Notes: generated from the sequence alone by a model not told the origin. Shown: positions 28,101 to 42,522, numbered from the stretch's first letter. The stretch is DNA of 64,000 nt from Catajapyx aquilonaris (GCA_000934665.2 KZ538047.1:62001-126000), one strand, 5' to 3'. A program made the numbers and translations.

Positions 28101-29756
28101 TACCAGGCGACATTCAGCGTGAAGATTTCGGTGGGTTGTATATACATGATGGGGCGCCTCAGAGAGCTTCAGGGTGAGCCGCAAAACCTGCTTAATACTT
28201 AATCGAGCTAATGATTAATGAATTGTCTATGGGCTCATGGAGCTTTGAGCAATAAGAATAATTTAAAAGTGATGCATTACTTATACTTACGCCTAGGGTG
28301 ATGCCCGAGCGAATTCTGGTTGTAAATAAGACACTTTTGCATTGTATATTCCTACTCGTCAAGTAATGTCGCTTGAATTGATTAATTCTGTGCGGTGCTT
28401 ACTTCATTGTTGGGACTCCAGCTGAAATGTACTGTACAAACGTATGTTCTTTCCATACGTCTGCTAATAAAGGCTGAGAATGTGCTTGTTACAGTTGCAG
28501 TTGTGAATATTTTTACAGAGAGAGAGTATAGCCTAATTGCGAGAACCATTCTGTACAGTACAGTACTCAACGAAATTCATAACTGGCCTGGAGGTGAACT
28601 ATTATATATGAGAAATAGATGCGAATACATTCTCCTATATTGTACAGTGAAGAATGAAGAAAGTTTCTTATTTATATAGCCTATACTGTACAATATAGAA
28701 AGCTTTCAATTTTTGTTTTGCAACTTCCAATATAGAGCACTGTGTTTACGTAATATTGAAGACTCGAGGTGATGTTGAAGTACACTGTAAACTAAAGTGC
28801 TCTCAAACATGCCATGAATGTGAATAAGACAAGGTGAGTTGGGAGTTTCAGAACAATTTTCTTTCACTTTGTATCTTTTCAATCGTCATTCATAGAGTTT
28901 ATACAGAAGCAACCAAATGGAAAGACAAATCGTGCTTCAAAATGTTAAAGGGCAGCCTGCACCGAGAGAGAGGTTTATACTGACAGTTGCATTGCCTTTA
29001 AAACGTCCTTGTTTGGTTGGCAGAATTTGTTTTGCACAAGTTTAGAGATATTTTACTGTACAATCAGGACAACCTAATTACGTTTGTAAGCGTTGCAGTA
29101 ATTTACAGTTTAACTCTTTGTCTTTACACCGCTCCATCCCCTAGAATCATGGCTTTATTATCGGTAATATCCCGGAGGATCTGCCTGTAAAAGTGGAGAT
29201 GTATATTATAATTGCTGCTCCTGATGAAACCTCTGGAAATGTGTTTCGGGTATTGAGCAATTAAAGCAGTGAGGGGTAATAATCTATCCTGCAGGTTTAC
29301 AACCCCAGAGGGACACTCGAAAAGCGACAGAATGAACACTTGGAAGCATATTCCCCGTGTTTTTATCGCTCCAAATTGAATATAAACGGGGCCAGGAAAT
29401 ACAATTAGCAGCCACTGTGACGGCGAGGCTTACCACCTCCGGGTTACCTTCTAACGATCCTTCATTGTTGAGCCAGCCAGATATGCAGTATACCTCAAGA
29501 GGAACAGTTTTTGGTTCACTCCTGGCAGCTGGCACTTGCTCTTTTTCCGGAACAGTGAGGAAAAAAGTGGGCAGTGAGACGAATGAGTCCTGTGGGGGCA
29601 AGAGTGAGGAAAAACGTTGGGGGCAGTGGGCCGTTTTAGGCGGCGTTAGTTAGAGCGGAAGCAAGTAGGGGCGTGACATTTGCGCCAACGGGCCTATTGA
29701 CAACCCTATCAGCACCTACAAGCAGCTGTCCTGGCCATATAACCACGTCCGTCATT

Positions 29757-29778
29757 AGAGAGAGAGAGAGAGAGAGAG
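29757..29778. repeat. (AG)11 microsatellite
   Basis: Read directly from the sequence. Confidence 0.9.
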
Positions 29779-32700
29779 CAGCCCCCGATTTTGGGGAAGC
29801 CTGAAATATGGGTGGGTGGGAATAGAGGACACCCTTCTGCACCACCCCAACCATCCAGCAAAGCGGCACACAGCCTCCGTTGGTCCATGATCAATACATT
29901 CTCTGATGGCGCGTGGGGCGTCGCGAGAGATCCAGATCATCTCGCGACACTACTGTTACACTTCTGATGGGTTCCAACGGTATGTGTCCAACACTACATA
30001 AAAAAAATCACCATGTAATTTGGGTTGCATCATGTAAGGATGAAAAGTACACAAGTGGAAGGGTAGTACCTTTTTTTTGTATTCTCAACATCCTGTGCAG
30101 CTGCATCACATTGGAGCTCGTTCCACGCCGGTTCCGACGATTCGCAAAAACAATGCTGCGACTGCAATGATCACATTAGGTTTCAACTGCTTCCGGGAAA
30201 GTTGGCCCTTTTATGAGTGAAGTTGATCAAGTCGTGTTTTCGCATTGTTTGGGGGGAGCTCTGAATAGCGACCCCCCTTTTTTCAGGCCCGGGGAAGGGT
30301 TTTTCAAGTGTAAATAGGCAATTCATTTCATTATATTCTCTGCAGAGTGAGAGAGACGTTTCCAACTGTTATAAAACTCTGGCAAACGAGACAGTTGGAG
30401 TGGCGGCGGGGGTGACAGGCTGGCATTTTCTTTGATGACTCATTAAGCAGAAACTCTCATTTTTCATCATTCTTTTTTTTTGTAATATCTGCTGAACGGT
30501 GTTGTTACACATCTTATCAATTTTACTATTCAAATTATTTTCAGGCGACTGTTATAGGAATGCAGTACACTATGATACACACCTTTAATCTGACCCAGAA
30601 AGGTGTAGAAGCTCCCAAGACATAGGCAGAATATTTTTCTCAGAGATTTGAGATATGGAATCACATTCAGCCCTTCATTACAGCACCCTAAGGGCATTAT
30701 AAACTACAGTTAGTGTCACAGCCTCATAAATAATAGCGTCTCCTCCTTTTTCATAGGCCAGATCCAGGGACTAATGTAGACGAGAAACAAACGTACGCCA
30801 CATTAGGGCAGGTTGCAATTTTCCACTGGGGGGGAATGCGTCTGAAGAAAGTAAGTCGCATCGGCAACATTAATTTCACTAGTGGAGAAGCACCGAAGAA
30901 AACTGCGAGCCTCACGCTTTTCTGGAAATGAATTTGGAGAAAAACTCTCACCTCCACACTTTACTCCCCGAGACTTTTAATGAAAGTGGTGATGCCGACG
31001 TGCAAGAGGCGGAACTTGGTCTGGGTTGTAATTGCGCCTGGCTGCTTATAAGACAAGAGCTGCCCCTTTTGCTTTAAAAGACTGTTCGGTCCTGACCACC
31101 ACAACTTCTTGAGAGCCCACAGGGTGAGTCAGAACTAGCATGGGGGTGGCAGCGTGTGTCTATAAGGGGCAACATCTACATTTTAGCATTGTTTTCCCCC
31201 CCAAACAAATTACCAGGAAATCTTGCACACCCTGTAGTGTTCTTATCGCCCCTTTTCACTAGAGAGGGCAACCTTTTTTAACGCGACCCTTCCTTTCTCT
31301 CTCAGCATGTGAAACCAAGCACACTTATCGATACCATAAAATACACCAGAGGGAGATGATCCTGGAGAAGCCATTAATGCGCTATAAACTGGGTCGGGGA
31401 TCCATTTTCTTTGGCCAATCGGAAAGGAGCAAGGTGCCAAGTAGAGGTTATAAGGGCGTCTCCACCCCATGAGGGCACCCAATGTTTTAAGGGTCGTGGC
31501 TAGACACACACAAGCAGTTACGAAATTAAAGGGACCATCTGCACTTTTTTTATTATTTTACCTCCACCTCTCTCTCTCCCTCTTTTTTTGTTTACCTTCA
31601 TTACTGATGGCCCCGCCACCACTACAGTTATCTTCATTTTTAGGGCAAGAGACCGGCCAAAATGAGTCCCCTGGGTGTATTTGGCGGATTTCATGGCGAA
31701 ATTTATGTCGCCTGCATTAAGATTGCCCGGAGTTGGGAGGTCGGCAAAGGGGTGGGGCGGGGGAGGTTATAAAGGGCCACGTGTACCTTCTCGTAATAAT
31801 CTGTACGGTTAGCAGTTTTTATGCTCATTATTCAGCATTTTTAAGGTCGTCCTCGAGGGTTATCAATGAGGGTGCGAGATGCCATTGCAGTTGTGTTGAC
31901 CCCCCAGTTTAATCACTCTGGCAATGGGCGAGAGTAATTACATGGCATGTTAACATTGTGCAAACTACTCTCATTAATAAATTCTGGGCTATGCATTGTA
32001 CTATCGTTCAAAAGGATGACAATTTCGCACTGATATAGTACGTGTCATACTGCTTCAGACGGTTATTATTATTATTTGCTTCTCTTTAACTCCATCCGGT
32101 ACAGCCAGTAACAGTTATCACCTCATCTCACGTAAAGTTTTCCTATCAAGCCGTTCCGAACGCCTAAGGGAATCCTTCTCGACAGGATTTGAAACAAGAG
32201 TCCGGTTTCCTCCTCCTGCACACTGCATCCTGAGGTAATCCAAGTTGAGCAAGAAAAATCTTTAGGCGAAGTGCACCCCCCTATAGATAAATCCTCGCCA
32301 AATCTCACTTGCCATAAAACCTGCCCCCACGAGAATGTTAGCTCACCTTCTTCTTTTTTTCCCTCCCGGAAATTATTTTATTTGATGGCACCCTTTTTTC
32401 TCCATGGCTGTCGAGACGCGGCTTACACGTGAGAATACAGAATGGCGTCTAAGCGTTGGAGCACTTCACTCTGGCAATAAGAACGTAATTGTGCAGCAAG
32501 CCCCCGGCGCCTAGTCTGCTGCCAGTCCTGGGTATATGAATAAGAATTCATTCTGCTGCTGCTCCAGCTCCCCTTTTCCCCCCCAGCAGCAGCCCCAGTT
32601 GGTGGCGTAACTAGCGACAATTTGCATGCAGACAATGCAGCAAGCCGTGCCGAATGACTGGGCGACCTCAATTCCGGGCTACTACGTACAAGTGCAGGTC

Positions 32701-35633
32701 CGACCCAACTGAATGTCAAGTCCGGCTCTTGCTGCGATAGGGTTCGGTTGAAACGGCGACTTTGGTCATTGGAAGCTGACATGTTCAGCACAGGAACCAA
32801 AAAGAATGTACACAGTGTTTGGCTGAAACAATGCTGGGTTGTGCTGTTTCCTCCGGAAAAGAGGCAGGTGCGAATTAGGAGCTAAAGGGTTTAGTGTTGA
32901 TTGGTTGAGTGCCTTTTCCCTGTTGGGGTATCGCAGCCGGGCGTTAGTCTAATGGCCCAGGAAGCATCCGGGGAGATGGAAGAGGATCCGGGGGCAGCCA
33001 CATGTCCCTCACGTCTCCTTCGTTTACGGGGCATCGGAAGACCAAGACGTGCGCCGACTACACACCCACTGACCCTTTACACCTCTTCTTTTTTCAACAG
33101 ACACAAAAAAAAGTGCACCCTGCCATTAAAGGCTTTATACCCCACCCGCCTAGTCATTTTCACGAGCCGCGTTTACATGCACTCCTATATCGTTATAGTC
33201 ACTTCATTTAAATACCGGTGACGCAATTATTCGCTATCCGGATAGGGCTCTAACACACGCGCATTCTTGAATTTTAATGCGGCACACACCCTGCTGCAAG
33301 GGATGTGGCGTACAAGGCTTTCCCTTGCAGAATTATACTCGGGGTTGGTAAACCGGGGGAGCTTCACCTGACTGAATGCGAAATAAGCAGTTCACAGCCT
33401 TCATGTATATTGCACGTACAGGAAGGGGGTATTTATATAAGGAAAGCCTGCGAGGGATGACCCAACTGCATAATAAATACATGCATTGAATTCTAGGCCA
33501 GGCGCGGTGTTTGCGAGAGATGACACTGGAATAAACATCTCGTTAGTTTGAAAAGCAGCCCGGTGGCAATATTTCCAGGGTTTGAGTTATAATTCGAGAC
33601 TCACTTTGCAGTATTACTTGCTCAGTGAGATGGTTGGTGTATGTATCTGTGTGCTCTAATGGAAAGTGCTTTTTGTACCTGAGGCATTATTAAATGGCGC
33701 ATGGAGACGGATAGAATATTGTTCAATATTTTCCCTGACAGTACAACAGAAGAATGTAACTATGCAAATTGGATGGTGTCACACTAATATGACTGCCGAG
33801 CACTGCAAAAATGTTGAATGTGATGTAGGCGACAGCATCATACTGTTACACGCATACCACGCATATCATTTCCACCCCCTTCTCTTGGTAATTTGGGAAT
33901 GCAAAGTGTCCATCGCGAGGCGTGTGTGGCATCTCCACAAAACAGTCCGAAAAAAAATATTTTGTCACAGGTTCCGCAAATTGTGGGGAGTTCAAAAGCA
34001 CTCTTGGTCATAAAAAAATGGAATCTGCATAATTTATTGTCATACTGCACAAAAATTGCACCAAATGGGAGCCAAGCCTTTAGGGAGTTTTAGATGGCGC
34101 GAAAAACACAAACCGAGTAAATAAAGTTAGTTTTGACAAAAGAGATGTGTGGGTATGAAATGGGCTGTTTCACAGTTTCATGGCTTGAAGGATGCTTTAA
34201 TTTACAGTGTAAAATGGTTACCTGACATATTCAGGAATAGGTCACTTTCGTCTTCTGTTTTGTCAGGATTTTGGATCTTGTTCCTAGTGCTGGTCACGGT
34301 CTCCTTATAGTTGACATAGGACTTTTCCAACTTTATCCTGAAAGAAATCTGTAACTGTCAGTGGCTGTAGCCCCAAGAATCGCTGTGTGCCATTTCCCTT
34401 CATAAAACCAACAGTGTTAGCGGTCGCTTCAAACAACAGACCACACACTGTACAGCCATGTGTACATAGAGTGCACTTTGAATGTTTGTCATAGAATATC
34501 GAATTGTAGGGCGGAACAGCAGGGAGTAAATTGTGCCTTTGGGTATAGAATTCATGCTTCGAGCCCTTGAGTTCTCCACGCGTCCAGGGTTTTAAAGGCG
34601 GTTTTTTTAAAAAAAAGAAGAAGAGAGAAGGATATAAGAAGCTGTCGGTTGCAGAGCCGAGCCGAGCAAAAGCGGCCCATACAAATGGCGTTTCCAAGGC
34701 ATGTTGAGGAGGCCTAGTTTCATATTCGGCGTGTCGTCCGTTGGGTCCCGCCATCATCATTCCCAAGGAGATCTCATGAAAATATTACAAACGTCACATT
34801 CACAAGAAGCGGACGTAAAACGAGTCGTAAAGTTCCGTCACATGTGGGGCCGAGTTTTGCCTGCAGGGAAGGGTAAAATCCAGTTTGCACGGAATTACGT
34901 CTGGCCATGGGGATTCCTCCCATCTAAGAAGAAGCCTCTAGATTGGTGTTCACCATTTGCTCATTCCTAAAAGAGGCCCAGGCCCAGTAGGAAACCCTCT
35001 CGCGACCCATTCCCAGACACACCACCAAAAGCCTTACTGCCTCGTACGGTTTTAATAATTCCTGTGCTTGCTGTGCTACTACTTGGGTCCTCCAGCACTT
35101 GGGCTCTGCTGCGTACGTGCCAAAATCTGGGCACTGTAATTGCCAGACTCACAACTTTCCATTTCCCTGCCTCTCCGTGAGGATTTATTGCTCCTGGTCT
35201 ATAGTTGCTTTTCAGCACCAAACTTGGCTCTATATCAATGCAGCAGGTCACCATTTTGCAAGGGGAAAAATGTGCGCAAAAGAAAACTCCAGAGAAGCAA
35301 AAAAAAAAAAGGTGTCGGATTATACAGGTGTGTTATAAAATGGAAAATTGCATGACGGAGGTAACGAGCACGGAAAAAGGAAATGCAAAGTGAAAGTACA
35401 AATATTCTGGGAATAGGCATCCATGCCATATATATAATGATAGACAACCAACACGACTGGAAATTATATAGGTAGGTGCCCCCTATAAATGCACGTCTCG
35501 AGCTTCCAGATTTCGACGTCGAGGTTCTTGTGAAGGTAATTACTCCCTGAGAAATTCAGACGGAGATGCTCGCCGATTGGAATAACAATCGAGGTTCTCT
35601 CTATACATATATACAACCAACCCCCCCCCCCCC

Positions 35634-35871
35634 NNNNNNNNNNNNNNNNNNNNNNNNNNNNNNNNNNNNNNNNNNNNNNNNNNNNNNNNNNNNNNNNNNN
35701 NNNNNNNNNNNNNNNNNNNNNNNNNNNNNNNNNNNNNNNNNNNNNNNNNNNNNNNNNNNNNNNNNNNNNNNNNNNNNNNNNNNNNNNNNNNNNNNNNNNN
35801 NNNNNNNNNNNNNNNNNNNNNNNNNNNNNNNNNNNNNNNNNNNNNNNNNNNNNNNNNNNNNNNNNNNNNNN
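35634..35871. other. Assembly gap (238 N)
   Basis: N run flanked by C13 on the left and G5-T-G15 on the right. Confidence 0.99.
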
Positions 35872-38562
35872 GGGGGTGGGGGGGGGGGGGGGCTTTTGGA
35901 GTAGTCGAAACCCTTTGGCTTTGGAATAGATTTGGATGAGAGGGTGGTGAGAGGTAAGGAAGGAATGATAATAAGGAGCAAGGATAGAATCCTGGAATAG
36001 GGTTGCCCCCCCCTAGCTCCCACAGGAGAAAAAAAAGGAACGATCCGGGATTTTTTTCTTTTTCTCTTTTCTGGCCAGGATTGTACTTTCGGACCATTCC
36101 GTTTTTCCTCCTCTTCAAGAAATATGTGCCTCTCTGACTATTGGACCGGCGACTCCTTTATGAGGCAATCGCACGAAGTAGGATAATACGGGGGAGAGTT
36201 GAGAGCATTGCGGCAATTGCAAGCTCCACCAGAATCTCCCGAATCGGCCACCGAAGAACCTTTTTTTTCCACAAAATGTCTACCGACCCTTCCATTTTCC
36301 CAGAGAAAAAAAAAGTCCAATTGAATTTTATACTTGGAGACCGACAAAATAGCAAATTTGTGTAATTTTTTCAAACAGTTAATATGCCAATTATATATGC
36401 CTAGCATCCTAGTTGTTACATTTTAGTCATTATGCTGTAGCTAATTTGCTCATATTTTTGTAACAAAAAATTATTAACCAACTTTCAAAACTCACATTTC
36501 GGCTTCTGTATTATTTTTAAAAAAATATTTATCAAAAAAAAATTATTCAGAATGTTGAAAGTTGGTCAATCAGCAGGAAACATCAGGAAATTGCAGGCAA
36601 AATCACAGGTGGAAACGTATCACATCATGTGCTGGCCCGATCGTGCAATATTTTATTCACAACAATACCCGGGGATGGTCACCATATATGAATGAGCATG
36701 CACGGGTGATTAGCAAATGATACGTGCATACTCGCATCTGTATGCAATGGGGTAAAATTACTTTCCTTTTTTTCTATTGCGTCACACACACCAAAAACCA
36801 GTTGATGATAATTAGGTACAATTGCATTATTTTGCTGCTCCCAATTGCACTAAACAAAGCCGCATTTTTAATTTAGCACCCATCGATTTGGCGGGCTAAA
36901 AATTCGCAATGGAGTCGTATTTGTGGTCAAACATCATCCTGAATTTACGTGTCTCACTGCTATTTTTTCCCCCATCTCTTTCTCTCTCTGGCAACAAAAG
37001 AGAGATAGCGTGAAAATCGTCGACCTTTACGCCATGTGATCAACCCTCAGAGGCCATACATTACTCTGTGCCCTTTTATGTTTTGTACCCCCCGAACAAA
37101 AAGGAGTACGTAGAAGCTGACCCAAGAGTTATTGAGCCCATATTTTCACCCTGGACACTGGGCCAAAAGTTGTTTTCACTCCCCCACCCCTCTCTCTAAC
37201 TTCCCTCTGAACTATCCCATTTTACTTCTTCGAACATAAATGGGAGAGGAAATGCATTTAAAGCTGATCAGCTCTAATCTCGTTCCTCCCACTCAAGTAA
37301 GTTATTCAATTAGCCTCCACCTCCAACCTAATTGTTTCGCTTCTCTGGTGACTAAGTATTTCGCAGTTAATTGGCCAATTTGGGTCCGACCTTCTTCTGT
37401 GGGAGGGTTTGTTCCTCTTAATGTCCTATGGTTGTTTCAAGGCTCGTTTTTGCATTGGTCCACGAGGTATTTCGGCAGGTCCACACTCATCCTCCTTTTT
37501 TTAAAAAAAAAAAGAGGCAAGGGGAACGGAATCAATAAGTTGGAACGGAGATCTCGGCATGAAACTTTATTGCGAGTTAGGAAGATACGAAAAAAAGATC
37601 CCCCTCGAGGTAGTAGTGATTGTATAAGAAGCCATACTGTCGCTCCTTTTATCTCGCCCCCAAAATCTAGCTCAACTATTTTTTTTTTAAGCTCGTCTGA
37701 AAGCTCGTCTATCCTCGTCCCGCCCTCTTCGTGTAATGAAAGAAGTACCCAGGGATAATTTCCTGGGCGAGGATGGATGCAACTAGCTGGAGGAACAGAG
37801 TCTGAGCCGAATCCACGCTACCTAATGAGATTGGAAACACGCGGGGCTGTTTGTTTGCAGATCATTAGATGAAAGCTGCGGTTGGGGATTTTGCTATCGA
37901 CTCCAGTGTTTGCTGCTTTTCTTCCCCTTTGACGAACAATGGAAGGGATGGGGGAGGCGAGTAGACACTGGAGTCGAAACACTTTCGTAGGACTCGTCGA
38001 ATTATTGTTATTAGCATTATTGAGGCCCTCGGAGGAACTACTCGGATCTACCTGATGCAAGCAAATGTTTCAAATCAATTAATTTTCCAACGTAGAAAAG
38101 CCCTTTGATGTCGTTAATAACGTATAATATGGAGAGCAAAAGTGCGACTGTAAGACAGTCTTTGCTTAATACATCTGACATTAGGACATGTATTTTACAA
38201 AAGACTTTTCCGACACGAAACAGACCTGAGAACTTTCTTACTCAAGCCCAATTTGCTCCGATTCTGTGAAACGACTTGTGTAAGCTGTAGCTTAATTTTG
38301 GTAATTATTCCTCACGCTATAATGTCTTCTGATATATGTTTTTTTTGTGTCAAAAGGGCACGACACTGCCAGAAAATGAATGAGATCGTTGTAATAATCT
38401 TAAGTCAGGAGGTCATAGGTCCCGATTTCACTCTCATGCGATCCATCGTTTTAATCCGTTCATGGCGTGATTGGATTTTCCTCGATCAGAAATATATATA
38501 TGGGGGGCCAGCATAGCTTTGCAATAGCCCTATACTTTTATCCGTTAACTGGGATGTTAATA

Positions 38563-38584
38563 GCCGTACAGTGCACTGTACGGC
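38563..38584. other. Perfect 22-bp palindrome
   Basis: gccgtacagtgcactgtacggc is its own reverse complement. Confidence 0.9.
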
Positions 38585-41500
38585 CCATAATCCTATATAT
38601 ACTATAAGAAAACCCATCAGACGATTGGAATCCCCGCTGCTCCGATACTACATCGCATAACAGTATCAACCACATGAAAGCACATGAAAGGATAATTGGC
38701 TTATAGCCCCCTTCCATTCAACACGATGCCCACACACACCTTTGCATAATAGCGGCATGAATCGCAGTACTTGTATGATACTGCACCCTCTCATTAACCA
38801 AGTACCTTTGTTTCATCCTGGCATGATGCAACCCATCTTTACATTTTTATCCTTGAAGTTCATCCTGGTGCATAACCTGCAGGCGCATTCTTTCCATGTA
38901 TAAAAATGAGACTCTGTATAACTCAGGCACGCCCATATTTCCCAGCTCCAAAATGATGAAAGCAGGAGTCTCTCCTAAGGATGCGATATTAGTAACTGTC
39001 TGTCGGGCAATAATTGCGCTCGGCGTCGCGTCGCAAGGGGGCGTCCCTAGAGCGAGTGAGTGAGCAAAAATAACGACAGAGAGATGATTTGTGGGGCTTT
39101 GCAGTCGGAGCCCCGTTGATGACAGCAGGTGTGCATGCTATGGAAATGAAATTCTGGGTAAATATTGGCCTTGCTTTTCGTCCCTACCCTCTCTCCACGC
39201 TTTTTTTTTTAATATGGCTGGTGGTGATGCTGCCGGATGTTCCGCACACGCAGCAACACACACTTTTCAAGTCGTGTCCAGGAGCATCATATTTTAACCG
39301 GCCATGATTGTCAACCCGAAAAAAAAACAGTGTTGACTCGCTGCGTTACTAGGCTTGTATCACTATCAATACGCATTCAATATGTCAGGCCTCCTGTTAA
39401 TTTCATGGACGGGGTCAGGTCCACGCCACATTTACATCCATGCTAACCTAACCGATACGTATCGCATGTCAAGCATGAAAACATTTGTTGCTCAGAACTT
39501 TAAAAAAAGACAAGAGTCTTGACATATTAAGTGGCACGAAAAGCATACATGTACATCTGGATAATGCGAATAATTACTATATTTTTGAGAATCAGTACAC
39601 GGTGTACTTTCCTGGTAGTATTATTTCAAATCGCGACAGTTCCGTGACGCACGCTTTTCGTCCATAATCGCTCTTAAAGAGATTCCTTTTCCCCCGCGAA
39701 GTAAACTGTGAAGGTAAAAAGTCGTAATTCAGTCAAAAGGTGCGTGTTATTGTGTTAACACCCGCATAAAAAGCACGGAGCTTCTCCCTTAGATCTAACC
39801 TCAACTTGAAGGGGCTTCTGCTGCAATGATGGTTTTGGAGAGAAGGCTTGAACGAAACTCGGGAGGGGCCCCCGCAATGCTATTATGCAAATTCTTAACT
39901 TTGGCGGGGGGTTGGGCCTCGTGCCACGGTTTGTGCCTTTTCAGCGCCCCCCCCCCCACCCCCTCCCCTTGCGTTTCGTTCGCTTTTATTCATTCTTCTC
40001 GCAATCTACTAGCAAGCCTCCATCTTCATTACGGTCTCGACTCACTCCATCATTAATCTCCGGGTTGCCACTCTCCTCCAATTATTGCATCACTCTTGCA
40101 AGTCAGATGAATCGCTTTCATATCCTGGTTGGACATGCATATTCTACATATCTGTGGACGCTGGTTGATAGATAGCAATTTTTTTTAAAGCCAAAGACAA
40201 CGACGTACGTGTGAACTCATATTTGTTCCAGACGGAGAAGTCCCTGATTATTCTCTCCGTCGGATGTTTGTCCGACCTGATAGTATCGCTCTCTCTCGCA
40301 CGATATGAGGGTGGCAGGAGTGTGCAGAAGGAGTGCGCGCCATCTCTGCGTGAAGAATAGTATTTCATGGGAAATCGGCTGGCAATTTCATTAAAATTGT
40401 CATACTGATTACTGATTTTTGCCACATTTTAGCAACGAGTTCACTACTATAGTTATGCACCTTTGGAAAAATGCACATGTGCGTCCATCACAAGTTATGT
40501 TACATTGGTCTGGGAACAGTTCACAGTAAGTAACCTTCCACAATGATGATATAAATGTGACGTCCTTTCCCCATTAAAAACGTTCGCTTACAAAAGAGTG
40601 TTCTTAACTGCTGAGCCGGAGATCTATATATTTTACGAAATGTGATGTACGACCCTTTAGTAGCGGGACATATGGTTAATGGATCTGTTCTATCGGCTAA
40701 TCTTCCTCCACAAGCAGTCATTGCCACCTTCCACCCCTTTGATAAAGGTTTCCTCTCTCCAACCTCCCAAATCCTCCTTCCCAATTATCCAAAAGACAAA
40801 TCTCTATTACCGTAATTTTTCTCCGCTTCTCTTTTTACCCTTCTCCCTCACTCGATATCCCCAGGATTTCGAAACGTCTGTTCTCCTCTGACACGATACC
40901 CTTCTCGGTTTGATCTGCACCGCTTTATCTTGAAGGATGGTCCCTGGAATTTAGCTCATACATTCATTCGCACTGGACGTATAGGGGATCAATTATACAA
41001 GCCGCTTCATTGTCCTCTCCATCAGTGCGTGGTTGAATATTATTGGCATCCAGTAGAATAAAAAAAAATGGAGGGGGGCACTGAATTTGCAAGCCTCGGG
41101 TTTTTGGGGGGGATGTATGTGTGTGTATACATTGCTCCAGCCCGCATTGAAAACGCACTAAGTTAATTGGAATTTTCCAGCAAAATGAGTCGCATTCCGC
41201 AGTATGGAGCCTGAATCCCACATACCTGCTGGAATTTTTGCAGTGTATCAGCGGGGGTTGGTTTAGCAACTGATTTGAAGATACGATCATTCCATTAGGT
41301 CTTGCAGATCTCTGCACCTTCATATAGAATTTGGTATGCATTGCAAGTGATTTTCTTTTTGATATGAAGAAAGCTCGCAAAGTCTTTTCCAGACTCTATT
41401 AGATCCCACGCACTTAATTATATTTTCTATCTCTTGATCCCGTATTGAAATTTAGAGGCAATTTCGGAGTCAGATTGGTTTTCTCTTTCACTTGCTTGGA

Positions 41501-42517
41501 TCCCAGCGCAAGAAAAAGATCGGTGAATTCTAAAAAGGCCATCACCGAAAAGCTGCAAGCTGAAATGAGGCTGTTACTAACATTGGGTTCGACTTGGATA
41601 AGACTTTACTGTCTTTTCGATAAACCGGTGTGACGATCCGCATCTAACGGGAACCCCCCTTTTTTTGGCTGCGGTTCATGCGACTGCTTAACAATTATTT
41701 AGTACCAGTACGTGCAGATTGTGCCATTTACATGTAATTTTTTTGGCAGAAATGAGCAGCACTTCTGGTCCATAATATAGTGGAAGAAATGCATTTTGAT
41801 GTAACCATGGGTGTGATAAAAAAGCGAACGTGACATAGCACTGCTCTCCAAGCTCTAATGCGAGCCGAGCTTTGTTTATTGTTCTTCATTTTCCAGAGGG
41901 TGACCCAAAATGTCACATTTCACAAAATCGTGGGGCACCACAGTACATTGTTGCGTTTTGAACACATCCAAGGCTGTTAGAGCGCGGCAGGATTTTTCAA
42001 AAATGGTATAGTGCGGTGTGCATTTAGAGCCAGCCGACAATAGTAAAACTTTTCGCGTGAGTAAAGCATAACGGGGGCCTCTCTTGACAAAGGGAAGCTT
42101 TATTTGCCCGGATGGACGGTCGTACAAGTTTATCGCTTCTGCCGAGGAAATGCATGGGGTAGAGAAAGAATGGGCGGAACAATTTTTAACATATATTTTT
42201 TATATTTCTTTTTTTTTAAAAAAAAAAGTGCGAGCATGAATCTGAGGGCGAGAAAGACACAGAACAATGCGAACAAAAGTCTACAAACATCGGTCGCTTG
42301 TTAGCACACAAAAATCCGGATTCCATTATGTTCACGTCGCCACAGTTGTTTTTCTCTGCCGAGTGTTTGCCGAAAATATATTTTTGCCTTCCAAGCGAAA
42401 CATTTTCAGCGTATAAGCCATTGCAGACTCCATAACGCGTGAGTATATGTACCATGCGTTTTCCAAGCGGCTTTTGAAAGTTAAATAGTGCTGTCGACTT
42501 ATTTTCCTCCCGCTTTG

Positions 42518-42522
<5 letters not shown>

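Noticed and set aside
32423..33221. Nested gene in the 20.7-kb intron (125-aa minus-strand ORF and 106-aa plus-strand ORF in a GC-richer patch)
   Set aside because: No recognisable homology or motif, and I could not build a consistent spliced model. It cannot be excluded without RNA-seq.
29920..33330. Short hairpins with 9-10 bp stems (29920-29948, 33294-33330; also 1966-1989)
   Set aside because: Stems of this length with variable loops are expected by chance in 64 kb, and there is no supporting context such as a Helitron CTRR end.
35540..36118. Long ORFs crossing the first gap (and likewise 46550-47248 at the second gap)
   Set aside because: Their length is an artefact of N runs translating without stop codons.
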